From assembly GCF_963921235.1 (NCBI RefSeq), contig NC_086097.1:4526001-4590000 (forward strand): 64,000 nt of DNA, written 5' to 3'. A program made the position numbers and the translations under genes. This document shows, one piece after another, positions 48,853-62,910 of the stretch; within the stretch, counting starts at the first letter, position 1; every line of letters starts with the position of its first letter. Under the pieces are notes generated by a model. That model made no database searches and was not told the DNA's origin. It saw only the letters and a list, made by a program, of their open reading frames with translations. Source of the DNA: Mobula hypostoma (taxonomy: Eukaryota).

Positions 48853-49525
48853 TGTAGGGATGTCGGGTTGTTCCAGTTAAAGAAACCTCAATTGGAGGTA
48901 ATGCTGCCCATACACAATTTGTCGGTGGACAAGAAATAACAGATCATACACCATATAAAATTATAAAGAGAGTATCTTTACAAATTTCAGCTTTATCAAA
49001 CAGTAGGAAAGAGAAAAGAAAACAATGAAAGGGCCCATTACAGTTAGATGAGTCCAATATGCACATAAAGTTGGAGCTCATCCTGGAGTTGGCTTCACCT
49101 ACCTGCTGGACCCATGGTCAGCGTGAAAGCACATGCCACATTCAGAATTCCACTCCAAGTCCATTTTGAGCAAACTGGCTCTCTCTCGGGAGTAGTGGCC
49201 TTTCCTCTTTGGAGCCATTCATCTGTACAGAGCACATTGTGGAATGAAGATTCTCCCTTACATGGCATTCTCCGGCATCTTCCCTCCTGTCCTCTCCGCA
49301 GTTCCTGCCAGAAAGACACCGAACCAGATTGCTGTCTGTCACAAATCTCTGTCCGCCCCTCTCTCTCTTGAACTTTCCCCCAATTCCACCATCCGGATTG
49401 GCTGGCACAACATTCCTAAGTTGAAGAGCAGGGCTTCTTATCTCTAGCCGAAAGCAAAACATTCTGCCAGCAGGACACACTGCTTTTGCGGAAACTTCTA
49501 AAATGAAATATCTACAGCATAACTG
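48853..49525 (-). mobile_element. Probable LTR fragment, related to 10737-11460
   Basis: Begins TGTAG on the + strand and shares ordered sequence blocks with 10737-11460. No TSD found. Confidence 0.45.
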
Positions 49526-50940
49526 TCCCTTTCCATGACTAATAGAGCCATTGTATGGCCGCTGGTCTGGAAGTGCTTCCCCACTGTCACCTCAATCACT
49601 TGTCTTGCCAATTGCCCAAGAGAGGTTAAGCTTCGTCCTTTCTACAGTAAGTACTCTACATGTTACTCAAAGAAATATTCCTGAACACACATAACAAACA
49701 CCACATCAAAAATACTTACATTTATGTGGCAGCTTCTCTTTAGAATGCTGCAAAGCCAAGGAGGTTATTTAAAATCTCATTAAAACCTACCAAATATTGA
49801 AAGGCCTAGATAGAGTGTATGTGAAGAGGATGTTTCCTATAGTGGGTGAGTCTAGGGCCAGAGGGCACCACCTCAGAATAGAGGGATGTCCATTTAGATC
49901 AGAGATGAGGAGGAATTTCTCTAGCTAGAAGATGGCAAATCTGCGGAATTCATTGCCACAAATGGCTGTGGAGGCCAAGTCATTGAGTATATTTAAAGTG
50001 GAGGTTGATCGGTTCTTGACTGGTCAGGGTGTCCAAGGAAGTGGGGAGAAGGCAGGAGAATAGGGTTGAGAGGGATGATTAATCGGCCATGATGGAATGG
50101 CAGAGCAGACTTGATGGGTTGAATGGCCTAATTCTGCTCCTATGTCTTATGATCTTGTGGAACATAACTATTCAGGAATTGCTATAACTTAGATAAGGGA
50201 GTAGGGAGAGAGAGAGAGAGAGAGAGAGATGAAAATCGTAATATCACTGGATTCCAAATGAGTGAAATTAGACTAATAAGCATATTTGCATGTAGAAGTG
50301 ATAAAAAATAATTTACAAACTGGGTCCAGAGGGAAATGACTCTCAGAGACACGAAAGGGGAACAGTTCAGTATCCTACATAAATGCAGAAGCAGAAGAAA
50401 TAAAACACTGGAACACAAAAGCCTTGAAGGCAACAGGAAATTATAAACACAGGAGATTCTGCAGATGCTGGAAATCCTGAAGGAGCTCATCAGGCCAGGC
50501 AGCATCTATGGAAATGAATGAACAGTTGACACTCTGGGCAGAGACCCTTCCTGGGGAAATGATAATGTCCAGGCAATAGAAGAAACAAATCAAAATCTTA
50601 AATGTGGAAATTAATTTTCCTCAATGCAAAGCGTTCAGTTGGATCTTGTTGCAGCCCCAGTTAACATTGTTCGTGCCACAAGCTCTCTGATTGTTCTACA
50701 CTTCCATTGGTGGTGACCCAGTGACACGCCTGGGGGAGTTGCTGCCTCGCTATACCAGCAGCTCGGGTTCAGCTCTAACCTCTGCTGATGTCTGAGTGGA
50801 GAACATTATCCAGTCACCCTCACATCCACTGTGATGAAGTTCCTTGAGAGGTTGGTGATGAAACATATCAACTCTTGCCAGAAGAGTGAAGTGACTTGGA
50901 TCCGCTCCAATGTGTATAAGCTGTCTTACGTATTTAAGTT

Positions 50941-50976
50941 AGTCCTGACGAAGGGTCTCGGCCTGAAACGTCGACT
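50941..50976 (+). ncRNA. Hammerhead motif in a short Penelope-derived repeat
   Basis: AGTC-CTGACGA-A-gggtctcggcct-GAAA-C-GTC^GACT: core intact, with a G-U pair at the base of helix II. Confidence 0.6.
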
Positions 50977-51584
50977 GTACCTCTTCCTATAGATGCTGCC
51001 CGGCCTGCTGCGTTCACCAGCAACTTTGATGTGTGTTGCTTGAATTTCCAGCATCTGCAGAATTCCTGTTGTTTACGTATTTATTCTGTTTTTTTCTTTA
51101 TTATTGTGTTCTTTATCTTCTTGTGCTTTTTTTTGTGCTCCATTGGATCCGGCGTAATAATTATTTCATTTTCTTTACACTTGTGTACTGGAAATGACAT
51201 TCAACAACCTTGAATCTTGAACAGCAACTTGGTACATAAGTTGGTTTGATGATAGTTAATAGCTGCACGTATACTTTGTCTTGCTGTATTCTATCCAGCA
51301 ATATTCAGTTACATTTAAGCAACTGATAGTTCACCTGAATGCAGTGTCCCTATTGTAACTCAATCTTCACAAAATTGGTATCACCAGCAATCTGTTCTGT
51401 AACATACGTTGCATCCCATAAATAACAGCAAATAGTAACAAGTACAGAACAAGGCTGTAAAACTAAATATCCTCTGTCCCGAAGAAGGGCCTCAGCATGA
51501 AATGTCGACTGTTTACTCTTCTCCATAGATGCTGCCTGACCTGCTGAGTTCCTCCAGCATTTTGTGTGTGTTACTCTGGTCCCT

Positions 51585-52262
51585 CAGCACCAGCTCCATA
51601 GCAAAGAAAGCCCAGCAGCGTCTCTACTTTCTGTGAAGGCTGAGAAAAGTCCATCTCCCACCCCCCATCCTCACCACATTCTACAGAGGTTGTATTGAGA
51701 GCATCCTGAGCAGCTGCATCACTGCCTGGTTCAGAAGTTGCACCATCTCGGATCGCAAGACCCTGCAGCGGATAGTGAGGTCAGCTGAGAAGTCTCTCTT
51801 CCCGCCATTACAGACATTTACAACACACGCTGCATCTGCAAAGCAAACAGTATTATGAAGAACCCCACGCTCCCCTCATATAAACACTTCTCCCTCCTGC
51901 CATCTGGCAAAAGGCACCGAAGCATTCGGGCTCTCATGACCAGACTATGTAACAGTTTCTTCCCCCAAGTCATCAGACTCCTCAATACCCAGTGTCTGGA
52001 CTGACACCAACCTACTGCCCTCTACTGTGCCTATTGTCTTGTTTATTATTTATTGTAATGCCTGCACTGTTTTGTGCACTTTATGCAGTCCTGGGTAGGT
52101 CTGTAGTCTAGTGTAGTTTTTGTGTTGTTTTACGTAGTTCAGTGTAGTTTTTGTATTGCTTCATGTAGCACCATGGTCCTGAAAAACGTTGTCTCCTTTT
52201 TACTGTTCTCTGTACCAGTAGTTATGGTCAAAATGACAATAAAAAGTGACTTGACTGGCCTT
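51585..52262 (+). mobile_element. Rex1/Babar-type LINE 3' fragment. Its 3' UTR recurs inverted at about 16826-17090
   Basis: aaagcccagcagcgtctctactttctg...attgagagcatcctg...aacagtttcttcccccaag, tail aataaaaagtgacttgact. Confidence 0.78.
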
Positions 52263-53595
52263 GACTTTGATTTCCAGCATCTGCAGATTTTCTCATCAGA
52301 ATCTGAATTAGGTTTAATATCACTGGAATGTGTTGAGAAATTTATTCTTCTGTGACAGTACATTGAAATTCGTAATAAGAATAACTATAAATTACAGTAA
52401 GAAATATACTGTATATGAAAATTAAATTAAACAAGGCATGCAAAATGAGGGCAAAAAAATAGCAAGGTAGTGTACATGGGTCTGATATCCACTCAGAATC
52501 TGATGATGGTGGAGAAGAAGCTGTTCCTGAAACACTGAGTGTGTGTCTTTATGTTCCCGTACCTCCTTGATGGTAGCAATGAGAAGAGAGCATGCACTGG
52601 GTGATGGGGGTCTTTAATGTGAGTCCTTAATGATGGATGCTCTCTTTCTGAGGGATCGCCATTTGAAGGTGTCCTCAGTGCTGGGGAGGCTTGTGCCCAT
52701 AGTGGAGATAGCTGAGTTCACAACTTTCTGCAGTTTTTCTGATCCTGTGCAGTAGCCCTTCCATACCAGATGGCGACTCAACCAGTTATAATGATCTCCA
52801 TTTTATCCAGTTATTTGATTGTTACCATTTTTTACTGCGGGTCTGTGCTTTCACATATGTGTGTGTATATATAGTCTCTGCTAAGCATAAAAAAATTCAA
52901 TGTATCTATTATATTCTTTAGTCCTGTGAAATGCCATGTTTGTTTAATGACATTTCCAGTACACAAATGTAAAGAACACAATAATTGTTACATCTGGATC
53001 TGATGAAGCATTTAAAAAAATCTCAATAAGATAAAGCTTTTTTTGCACCAGAAGATGCTGTCCTCCCAAAAGCTGTCCAAATATTAAAGATAGAAATGGA
53101 GCTGTTTCCAAAGATGCAAGCAAAGCAGTCGCTGTTTGGAGATGTCATCATCCTAAGCTCCACCCTCTGTTGAAAAAATTCAAAATTCAGGATTGTTTAA
53201 TCACAAACAAGAGAAAATCTGCAGATGCTGGAAATCCAAGCGGTGAACACAAAATGCTGGAGGAACTCAGCAGGCCAGGCAGCATCTATGGAAAAGAGTA
53301 CAGTCAATGTTTTGGGCCGAGATCCTTCAGCAGGAAGGATTTCGGCTCGAAGCGTCAACTGTATTCTTTTCCATAGATGTTGCCTTGCTTGCTGAGTTCC
53401 TCCAGCATTTTGTATATGTTATCAGGATTGTTTAATGTAACTTCCAGTACACAAGTGTAAAGGAGAACAAAGTAATTGTTATTCCAGATCCAGTGCAGCA
53501 CAAGATGAAGTACACAATCATTTACATATGTCCAGAAAGTGACACGAGGCACAGGAATTCTGTACATAAGGTGATTCCGACAGGAAATGATGGTT

Positions 53596-55558
53596 ACATA
53601 AGAACATAAGAAATAGGAGCAGGAGTCGGCCATCCGGCCCATTGAGCCTGCTCCACCATTCAATAAGATCATGGCTGATCTGACCATGGACTCATCTCCA
53701 ACTACCTGCCTTTTCCCCATAACCCTTAATTCCCCTACTATGCAAAAATCAAATTTGTCTTAAATATACTTACTGAGGTAGTTTCCACTGCTTCATTGGG
53801 CAGCTAATTCCACAGATTCACCACTCTTTGGAAAAAGCAGTTCCTCCTCATCTCCATCCTAAGTCTACTCCCTCGAATCCTGAGGCTAAGTCCCCTAGTT
53901 CTAGTCTCACCCACCAGTGGAAACACCTTTCCTGCCTCTATCTTATCTATCTCTTTCATAACTTTATATGTTTCCATGAGATCTCCTCTTATTCTTCTGA
54001 ATTCCAGTGATTCAGTCCCAGGCGACTCAATCTTTCCTCATAGTCTAACCCCCTCATCTCTGAAATCAACCTGGTGGATTTCCTCTGCACCACCTCCAAA
54101 GCCAGTATATGTGCTCTAGGTGTGACCTCACCAGTACCGTTTACAGCTGCAGCATAACCTCCCTGCTCTTAAATTCAATCCCTCTCGCAATGAAGGCCAA
54201 CATTCCATTTGTCTTCTTGATAGCCTGCTGCACCTGCAAACCAACCTTTAGTGATTCGTGCACAAGCACTCCCAAGTCCCTCTGCACAACAGCATGCTGC
54301 AATTTTTTACCATTTAAATAATAATCTACACTTTCATTTTTCCTTCCAAAGTGAGTGACCTTGCATTTACCAACAATGTACTCCATCTGCCAGACCCTTG
54401 CCCACTCACTGAATCTATCTTTATTTCTCTGCAGACTCTCCGTATCTTCTGCACAATTTGCTTTTCCTCTCAATTTAGTATCATCAGCAAACTTAGATAC
54501 ACTACACTCAGTCCCCTCTTCCAGATTGTTATTGTATGTCGTGAACAATTGTGGGCCCAGCACCAACCCCTGTGGCACACCACTCACCACTGACTGCCAA
54601 CCAGAGTAACACCAGTGTATTCCAAATCTCTGCTTTCTATTAGTTAACCAATCCTCTATCCATGCTAATACATCACCCCCAACTCTATGCATCCTTATCT
54701 TATGGATAAGTCTTTTATGTGGCACCTTATCGAACGCCTTCTGGAAATCCAAGTAAGTAACATCCGTCTGTTCCCCTCTATCCACTGCGCTCATTATCTC
54801 CTCAAAGAACTCCAGTAAGTTTGTCAAACAGGACCTACCTTTGCTGAATCCATGCTGCATCTGCCTGATGGATCCATTTCTTTCTAGATGCCTCTCTATT
54901 TCTTCCTTAATAATAGCTTCAAACATTTTACCAACTACAGATGTTAAACTAACTGGCCTATAGCTACCTGCCTTTTGCCTACATCCTTTTTTGAACAGTG
55001 GCGTGATATTCGCTGCCTTCTAATCTGCTGGGACCTGTCCCGAGACCAGAGAATTTTGGTAAGTTATCACCAAAGCCTCACCTAAAACTTCTGCCATTTC
55101 TTTCAGTACCCTGGGGTGTATTCCATCAGGACCAGGGGACTTAGCTATCTTCAGGCCCACAAGTTTGCTCAGCACTACCTCTTCAGTGATAGCTCATCTC
55201 CCATCGCATCCATAACATCTCTCTTTGGCTGTTAGATGTGTCCTCCACTGTGAAGATCAACACAAAATAGTCATTCAAAGTCTCTACCATTTCCTCATTA
55301 CCCAATATCAACTCTCCTGTCTCGTCCTCTGAGGGACCTACATTCACTTTGGTCATCCTTTTCTGCTTTACATAATTATTAACACTTTCACTATCTGTTT
55401 TTGTATTTTGTGCTACCTTATTTTCATAATCTCCTTTCCCTTTCCTTATTGCTCGCCTAATGGTTCTTTTTTGCTTTTTAAAGTGCTCTCAGTCTTCCAG
55501 TTTCCCACTACTCTTGGTGATTTTGTATGCATGAGCTTTTAGTTTGATGCCTTCTTTT
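53596..55558 (-). mobile_element. CR1 LINE, RT to 3' end
   Basis: 261-aa ORF with QHGFSKGRSCLTNLLEFFE, YLDFQKAFDKVPH and FADDTK. Tail (acataaga)n on the + strand. Confidence 0.92.
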
Positions 55559-56644
55559 ATGTCACAAATCGATTGGACCACTGTAATGTGAAACAATCCT
55601 TTTTAAAACTCCTTTCCCCGACCTGTGCGAAGCTATCTCTCTCTTCGAATCGATTGAGCTGGCACTGACGCGCTGATCCCCGCAAAATGCTCCTTTTTAA
55701 ACTCTTCTCCCTGACAAGTGCAAAGCTCTCTCTCCCTCTCTTTGAATCAATTTGTCTGCCACTAATGCCAGATTGGGGCTGTGGGAGGTGTGGGTTAGTG
55801 GGTAGAGGTTTTAATCAGCCTTATTGCTTGGGGAAAGTAACTGTTTTTGAGTCTGGTGGTCCTGGCATGGATGCTACATAGCCTCCTCCCTGATGAGAGA
55901 GGGACAAATAGACCATGAGTATGCTGGGTGGAATCCTTACTGGCCCTTTTCCAGCACCCTTCTGCAGAAGCATCCTTGATGGTGGCTAGGATAGTGCCGG
56001 TCATGCACTGGACAGTTTTGGCTTCCTCTCTGTCACAATACAGTTTCTGCATCATGCAGTCATGCAGCATGTTAGTATGGTCTCTACTGCGTATCTGTAG
56101 AAATCTTTCGTTAATGTACAAGGCACCAAAGTATTTAGCAGCGTCTATAATAAATGCTAGGAGCCACCATAAGTGACAATAGTCGATTGACAAATCTGTG
56201 GGTGTCCATTAATTTGTTATTTAAACCCAACATGCTCTTTCCTTTCACCCTTTCCTGCCAGCCCCTCTACCTCTTTGGCACTTCAAATCATCTTTAAAGA
56301 ACACAGAAACAGAAGACCAAAGAAACAATTCTTATTACAAAATAAATCCAAGAACTCTTTACATGTAACTTTAAGATAACTGGGCCAACACAGACAGAAT
56401 AAAATGTCAGTTTCATCATGTTTCATTGGTACATATTAGAAGCACAAAAGAACTCATGCATCAGATAATGTAGGAAATTTGCACTGGTGTCTCTGTGACG
56501 TGGGTGTCAGTACAATGATAATTTCCATAACCTAACTTCTTTGAGTAAACATCTGGAGGAGCCTCAAAGTGGCAGTGTAAAACGCTGAGGTTTGAAAATA
56601 ACCATCTAATTGGAATCTTATTCTTATAAGAATTGCTTATTTAC

Positions 56645-57550
56645 ATTAGACCATAAGACACGGGAGTAGAATTAGGCCATTCAGCCCATTGTGCCTACTC
56701 TGCCATTTCAACATGGCGGATCCGGCATCTCACTCAACCCCATACACCCTACCTTCTCACCACATCCCTTGCTCCCTGACACTGATGGTTCTCTCGCACA
56801 CCACTAGAGTCTTCCACAGTAAAGAATGAAACAAACTCCTTATTATATTCATCTGCTATTTCTTAGACCCCAATTACCTCCTCACCAGCATCATTTCCTA
56901 GTGGTCCAATATCAACTCACATCTCCCTTTTATTCATTATATACCTGAAAAAACTTCTAGTACCCTGCTTTACATTATTGGTGTTTGCCTTTATATTTCA
57001 TTTTTTTCCTTCATAATTTTTTTATTTGCCTTTTGTTGGATTTTAAAAGCTTCCCATTCACTTTTGCTACCTTATGTGCCCTTTCTTCGGTTTTTATGCA
57101 GTCCTTAACATCCCTTGTTAGCCACGGTTGCCAACCCCTGCCATGGGAGAACTTCTTCCTCTTTGGAGCATATCTATCCTGCGCCTTATGAACTAGTCCC
57201 AGAAACTTCAGCCACCTCTGCTCTGCCAGCATTCCCCTCCAATCCACCTGGCAATCTCTTCTCTCATGCCTCTGTAATTCCCTTTATTCCATTGAGGTAC
57301 AGATGCATGTGAGATAAGCTTCTCCCTCTCAAACTGCAGTGTGAATTCAATCATATTATGATCACTGCCTCTGAAGAGTTCCTTTATGTTAAGCTGACTA
57401 ATAAAATCTGGGTTAATACACAACACCCAATCTAAGATAAACTTTCCCCTAGTAGGTTTGAGCACAAGCTATTCTATAAAGCCACCTCGTAGGCATTCAA
57501 CAAACTCACTCTCTCGTGATCTGACACCAACCTGATTTTCCCAATCCCCC
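56645..57550 (-). mobile_element. Degenerate, internally deleted CR1
   Basis: KPTRGKFILDWVL..GSDHNMIEF and PWLTRDVKDCIK. Confidence 0.75.
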
Positions 57551-57763
57551 TGCACATCTTCATGAAAGGCCTCCAAGTCACGAATAAACTTACTTTATGA
57601 AAAGGCTCAGGATGGTGCATTTGGGACAAATATAGATGACCATAATTGCCGTGTCTGTACAATTACTTTCAATTAAATTGACACACACGCATGGAGATCT
57701 CATCTCACTAAGAACGCCGGAAACATCGGATTACCATGAGCTGGCCATCCTTGCATGGTGATG

Positions 57764-59825
57764 TCATAGATTTTTGACAAAAAATGTTTCCAATTTTGTT
57801 ACCAGCAGCTGGTCCACCAATGCTGTGTGGAACACCTCTGCTGGGTCACAGTGTGAAGAATTTTCTTCTTCAGTTGTCAACAGTGGAAGATGTGACAAGC
57901 CATCAGCATTGCTGTGTTGTTTGATACCCTGGAACTCTATGTCGCAAGAGTGGGCTCCTAGGAAAGGTGCCCAAAGTTGCAACCAGGTAGCAGACGTCAC
58001 TGGGATTCCCTTCCTGGGGTTGAAAGCAGACACAAAGGACAGGTGGTCTGTCACTAGAGTACACTTATGTCCATCCAGTACTGGTGGAAGTTCTTTATTC
58101 CCCATACTTGACTAAGGGCCTCTCTAGTTGTCTTCTGTGCCCATCAGTGACCTTGAAGCAAATGCAATCAAACATTCAGATCTATCTTTCATAGTGTGAC
58201 AAAATTTCACCAATGCCAGAAGGACACTTAATGCATGCCAGTCTGATGGACAGAGATGGGTCATAATGGGTGAGTAGTTTATCTGAAGTTCGTTTTTTGT
58301 TTACTTGAATGCACTTTCACATCTTTCTGACCATTCCCACTTTGCTCCTGTCTGCAATGGTGCACTCAATGGGTGCAGGACTGTAGCAATGTTAGGAGAA
58401 ATCGGTGGTACTAGTTTACAAGGCCCAAGTGTGACCTGAGTTGTGACACATTTTCCAGTTTGGCTGCCTGCAGCACTGCTTCAATCTTCTCTGTGACTTA
58501 TGTAAGTCATGTTTGTCGATGACATGTCCGCAATATGAGATTTCATTCTTGTAAAATTCACATTTCTCTCTCTTTGCACACAGACCATACTCATTCAGTC
58601 TGGTAAGCACTTTACCAAGGCTCTGGAGGTGCTCTTCACCATTCTTGCCAGTCACGATGATGTCATTGGGGTAACACTGTGTTCCTGGGATATCCTGGAG
58701 CACTTGGTCCATTGCTCTTTGCCAAATTGCTGGAGCTGATGCAACACCAAAGACGAGACGGTGATACTGGAACAGTCCCATGTAAGTGTTGATTCTGAGG
58801 AACTTCCTGCTTGACTCCTCGATCTCCATTTGCCGATAGGCTTGTGACAAGTCAATCTTTGGAAACCTCTCTCCACCTGCCAAAGATGCAAAAATGTCTT
58901 CTATTCATGGCAAAGGATACTGCACAGTAGGCAGCACCGGGCTGACACTCACTTTGAAATCCCCACATATGTGAATGACACCGGCCTTATCTTTCTTGAT
59001 CATTGGGACAATGGGCGTGGCCCTATCGCTCCACTCAGTCTTGGAGAGAATGCCAGATGCCTCCAAGGTCTGTAGCTCAGCATCCACTGTAGGATGTATT
59101 GTGTAAGACACTGGAGGTGCTTTAAGGAATGCTGGTGTTACCACTTCATCCTGTCCAATTCTGGCCTTCATACCTTTGAGTTTACCAATACCCTTCTCGG
59201 ACACTTTCCCAATAGCATTGAGCAGCTGTGACAGTCTCTGGTTAGTGCTTCCATTTGGGCTGCATTTGCCTGTTGATGCCACAGAGCTTTGAGTGAGTGG
59301 CAGTCTGGCAGGATTTTTCTCAACCATTCACCCCCAGACAGTGCTGGCCCTCTATTTTTCAATGCATAAAGCTCTAACTGCTGTGTTTTGCCTCCATACA
59401 TCACATTCACTTTCAGGTTGCATTTGGGAGACATTTTTATTGCCGGCGTAGGTCTTTAGCATCACCAAGGTCATTTCTAAGGGTAGCTGAGATAACAGTC
59501 TGTTGTAGTCAGCCTCTGGAATTGTAGACAACGCTGGCCCTGTATCCAGCTCCATTTTCAGTTTTACACCAGACTCATTTCTTGTGATCCATATGATTTA
59601 GCAATTTACTTTGGTAATGCTATGCATTTCTAGGCATGACAGCTCAACGTTGTCAGACTCAGTGTTGTCTGATTCCTTTTCACATTTGGTCACTATATGC
59701 ATTGGCTTTGTTTTGTGTTTGAAACGTTGCACTCTGTGTGTCTTTTCTCTTTGGCAAGGGTTTTTGTCTGACTTACACACCTTTTGTGTGATCCTGTCTG
59801 TGACACTTCTGGAACACTTTTTCAT
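57764..59825 (-). mobile_element. Degenerate Gypsy LTR retrotransposon pol (protease, RT, RNase H), Mag/K02A2.6-like
   Basis: MELDTG protease, ATPIVP..ICGDFKV..QYPLP, KIDLSQAY..GLFQYHRLVFGVASAPAIWQ..YPND (dead YxDD), LVTDH..NADGLSHLP. Multiple frameshifts. No integrase seen. Confidence 0.9.
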
Positions 59826-59849
59826 TGAACTAACAGTCAGTTACATCAG

Positions 59850-60715
59850 GGAAGAATCGGCAAAATAGTGGCAGATGGAATACAGTGTTGGGAAATGTAT
59901 GGTAATGCATTTCGGTAAAAGGAAAAATAGTGCGGACTATTATCTAAATGGGGAGAAGGTCCAAACATCCAAGGTACAGAGAAACTTAGGAGTCCTTGTG
60001 CAAGACTCCCAGAAGGTTAATTTACAGGTTGAGTCTGTGGTGAAGAAGGCAAATACAATGTTGACATTTATTTCAAGGGAAATAGAATATAAAAGCCAAG
60101 GGATAATGCTGTGCCTTTATAAGACACTAGTCAGGCTGTACTTAGAGTATTGTCAACAGTTTTGGGCCCCATATTTCAGAAAGGATGGGTTGTAAGACCA
60201 TAAGATATAGGAGCAGAAGTAGGCCAGTCAACCCCTTAAGTCTGCTCCACCATTCAATCATGGGCTGATCCAATTCTTCCAGTCATCCCCACTCCCCTGC
60301 CTTCTCCCCATACCCTTTGATGCCCTGGCTAATCAAGAACCTATCTATTTCTGCCTTAAATACACCCAATGACTTGACATCCACAGTTGCTTGTGGCAAC
60401 AAATTCCACAGATTTACCACCCTCTGACTAGAGTAATTTCTCTGGATCTCTGTTCTAAATGGATGTCCTTCAATCCTGAAGTTGAGCCCTCTAGTCCTAA
60501 AATTCCTGTACCATGGGAAATAATTTTGCCATATCAAATCTGTTCAGGCCTTTTAACATTTAGAATGTTTCCATGAGATTCCCCCTCATTCTTCTGAACT
60601 CCAGGGAATACAGCCCAGCAGCTGCCAGACATTCCTCATACGGTAACCCTTTCATTCCTGGAATCATTCTCATGAATCTTCTCTGAACCCTCTTCAATGT
60701 CAGTATATCCTTTCT

Positions 60716-60720
<5 letters not shown>
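59850..60720. mobile_element. Two CR1 fragments in opposite orientation (59850-60195 +, 60195-60720 -)
   Basis: KCMVMHFG..LYKTLVRLYLEYCQQFWAP on +. RTRGLNFRIEG..QRVVNLWN and the tail on -. Confidence 0.85.
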
Positions 60721-60749
<29 letters not shown>

Positions 60750-62910
60750 GGTGCTATGCCCAGTTCGAGCTTTGACTGCCATGGCCCTTTCTCGGGTCAA
60801 GTGGATCAATTCATTGGTATTCACTTCCAGTTCTCTGGCTGCTGTCTCCATTATCATTTCTCTTTGTCTTCCTCTTGCTTTCTTTCCTTCAATCTTTCCC
60901 ATAATTACCATGCATTCTAACCTCCTCTTTCCTAATCACATGTCCAATGAAGTTACGTTGCCTTTTCATGATCTCATACATTATTTCTCTTTTTGTGTTT
61001 GCTCTGTTCATGACATCCTCATTAGATATTTGTTTTGTCCATGATATTCTTTGCATCCTCCTCAAAAACCACATCTCTGTTGCTTCAATTCATTTCCTCA
61101 TTTAACTAAATATTGTCCAACATTCTGAGCCATATAACATAACTGGATAAACATAACATTTCAGTACTCTGAGGTGGGTTGTCATGTCTAGTTTAGTATT
61201 GGTCAGTACACTCTTCATTCTCGTAAAGGTGTCTTTTACCATCCCTATTCTTCTTTTGATGTCCATGTCACACCTGCCATCTGATGTCACCCAGCTCCCT
61301 ATGTAGCAAAAGTTCTGTACTTGTTTTATGTCTTCCCCATTTATTCTCAGCCTGCAGATAGGATTCTCCTTCTTTTTGGATATCACCATACATTCTGTCT
61401 TTTTGCAGTTGATAGACAGACCCAATTTTGCACTTTCTTAAACAATTATATCAATTCAGTTTTGTAGTTCTTCCTCCGTACTTGCAATTAACACAGTGTC
61501 AGCTGCATATCTGAAATTATTGATGTTTTCACCACCAACTTTGATTCCCAAGATGTCTCTTATTTTTTGTAATATTGATTCACTGTACATGTTAAATAAA
61601 TCAGGGGAGAAAACACACCCTTGTCTAATGCCTCTCTTGATTTTCGTAAACTGACTCACTTCTCCATCTATTCTTACAGCGGCAGTTTGTTCCCAGTACA
61701 GATTTCTGATTAGGTGGAGGTCTTTCGAATCTAGATCTAGAGTTTTCTATAATATATCAAATAACTTATTGTGCTTCACTTTATCAAATGCTTTGGTGTA
61801 GTTGTTAAAACAAACAAACAGATCTTCTTGCACTTGAATAGCTCATTCTGATAGTATCCTTAACATCAATAATGCATTTCTTGTACCTTTGTCTTTCACA
61901 AAACCACATTGTTCTTTACCTATTTCAGCTTGTATCTTACTTTTAGCTCTTGTCATCAAAATTCTTAGAAGTATCTTGGTGATATGAGTCATTAAACTTA
62001 TGGTCCCATGTAATTCACATTTTATTGATCCAGGTTTCTTAGGAAGAGTGATAAATACTTTTTTTTCATCTCTTCTGGTATTATTCCAGTCTCATAAATG
62101 TCATTGATTAAATCAGTAAGTTTTTCAATTCCATAATCTTCAAGGGTGATAATTTGTTCTATTACTAATTCATCAGGACCTGCTGCCTTTCCTTTCTTCA
62201 TCTTATTTATTGCATTACGAACTTCAGATTTTAAAATACTTGGACCTTCAATGCTGATTTTTTGCCTTGATCGTCTTCAAACAATTCCTGAATATACTCA
62301 GTCCATCTGTTCATAATCTCATTTTTTTCCATGATAATAGTACCATCCTTTGCTTTCAAACATCCACCTGAAGAACAGAGGAGCTTTTTACCTCTTTCTA
62401 TTTGCTCACATTCCTGGTTTAACCATTTTTCTTTGGCTTTTTGACATAAGCTTTTAACTTTTTTATCTAAGGACTTATAGTCTATAGAATTTGCTTTCTT
62501 CCGTCTCCTGTCTTCCATTAGATTTTGGATTTCATCTATCATCCATTTATTTTTTGTGCTTTTTTCTTTTTTAGGAATCACTGACTTTGCTGATTCTACC
62601 AAGGCATCCTTTCGAGAGTTAAATTTCATTTCTACATGATTGCTATCATTTTCAACAGATCCTAGTTCTAGAATTTGAAATCTATTCCTTACTTCAATTG
62701 TAAATTTTTGTCTTAAGTTTTCTTCTTTAATTTCACGTAGAAAAGGGATTGTTCAGGTTTTTGCTTCTTTAGTTTTTTAAGTTTTACTTTTACATGACAA
62801 ACTACTGGGTTATGGTCACTATTACAGTCTGCACCTGGATATGTTTTGCATTGAGTCACCGAGTTTCTAAATCTTTGGTTTATAGTAATAAAGTCAATTT
62901 GACTTCTAGT
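60721..62910 (-). mobile_element. Second RTE LINE copy (5' part missing), same family as 7284-10409
   Basis: (CAT)n tail at 60721-60748. Near-identical translated blocks, e.g. KQVQNFCY.GSWVTSDGRCDMDIKRRIG and GIRQGCVF.PDLFN. Confidence 0.93.

Noticed and set aside
4855..53420. CRISPR-like array from the recurring ggaactcagcaggtcaggcagcatc motif
   Set aside because: Copies are dispersed, irregularly spaced and on both strands, in eukaryotic DNA with no cas genes. They are Penelope-derived interspersed repeats.
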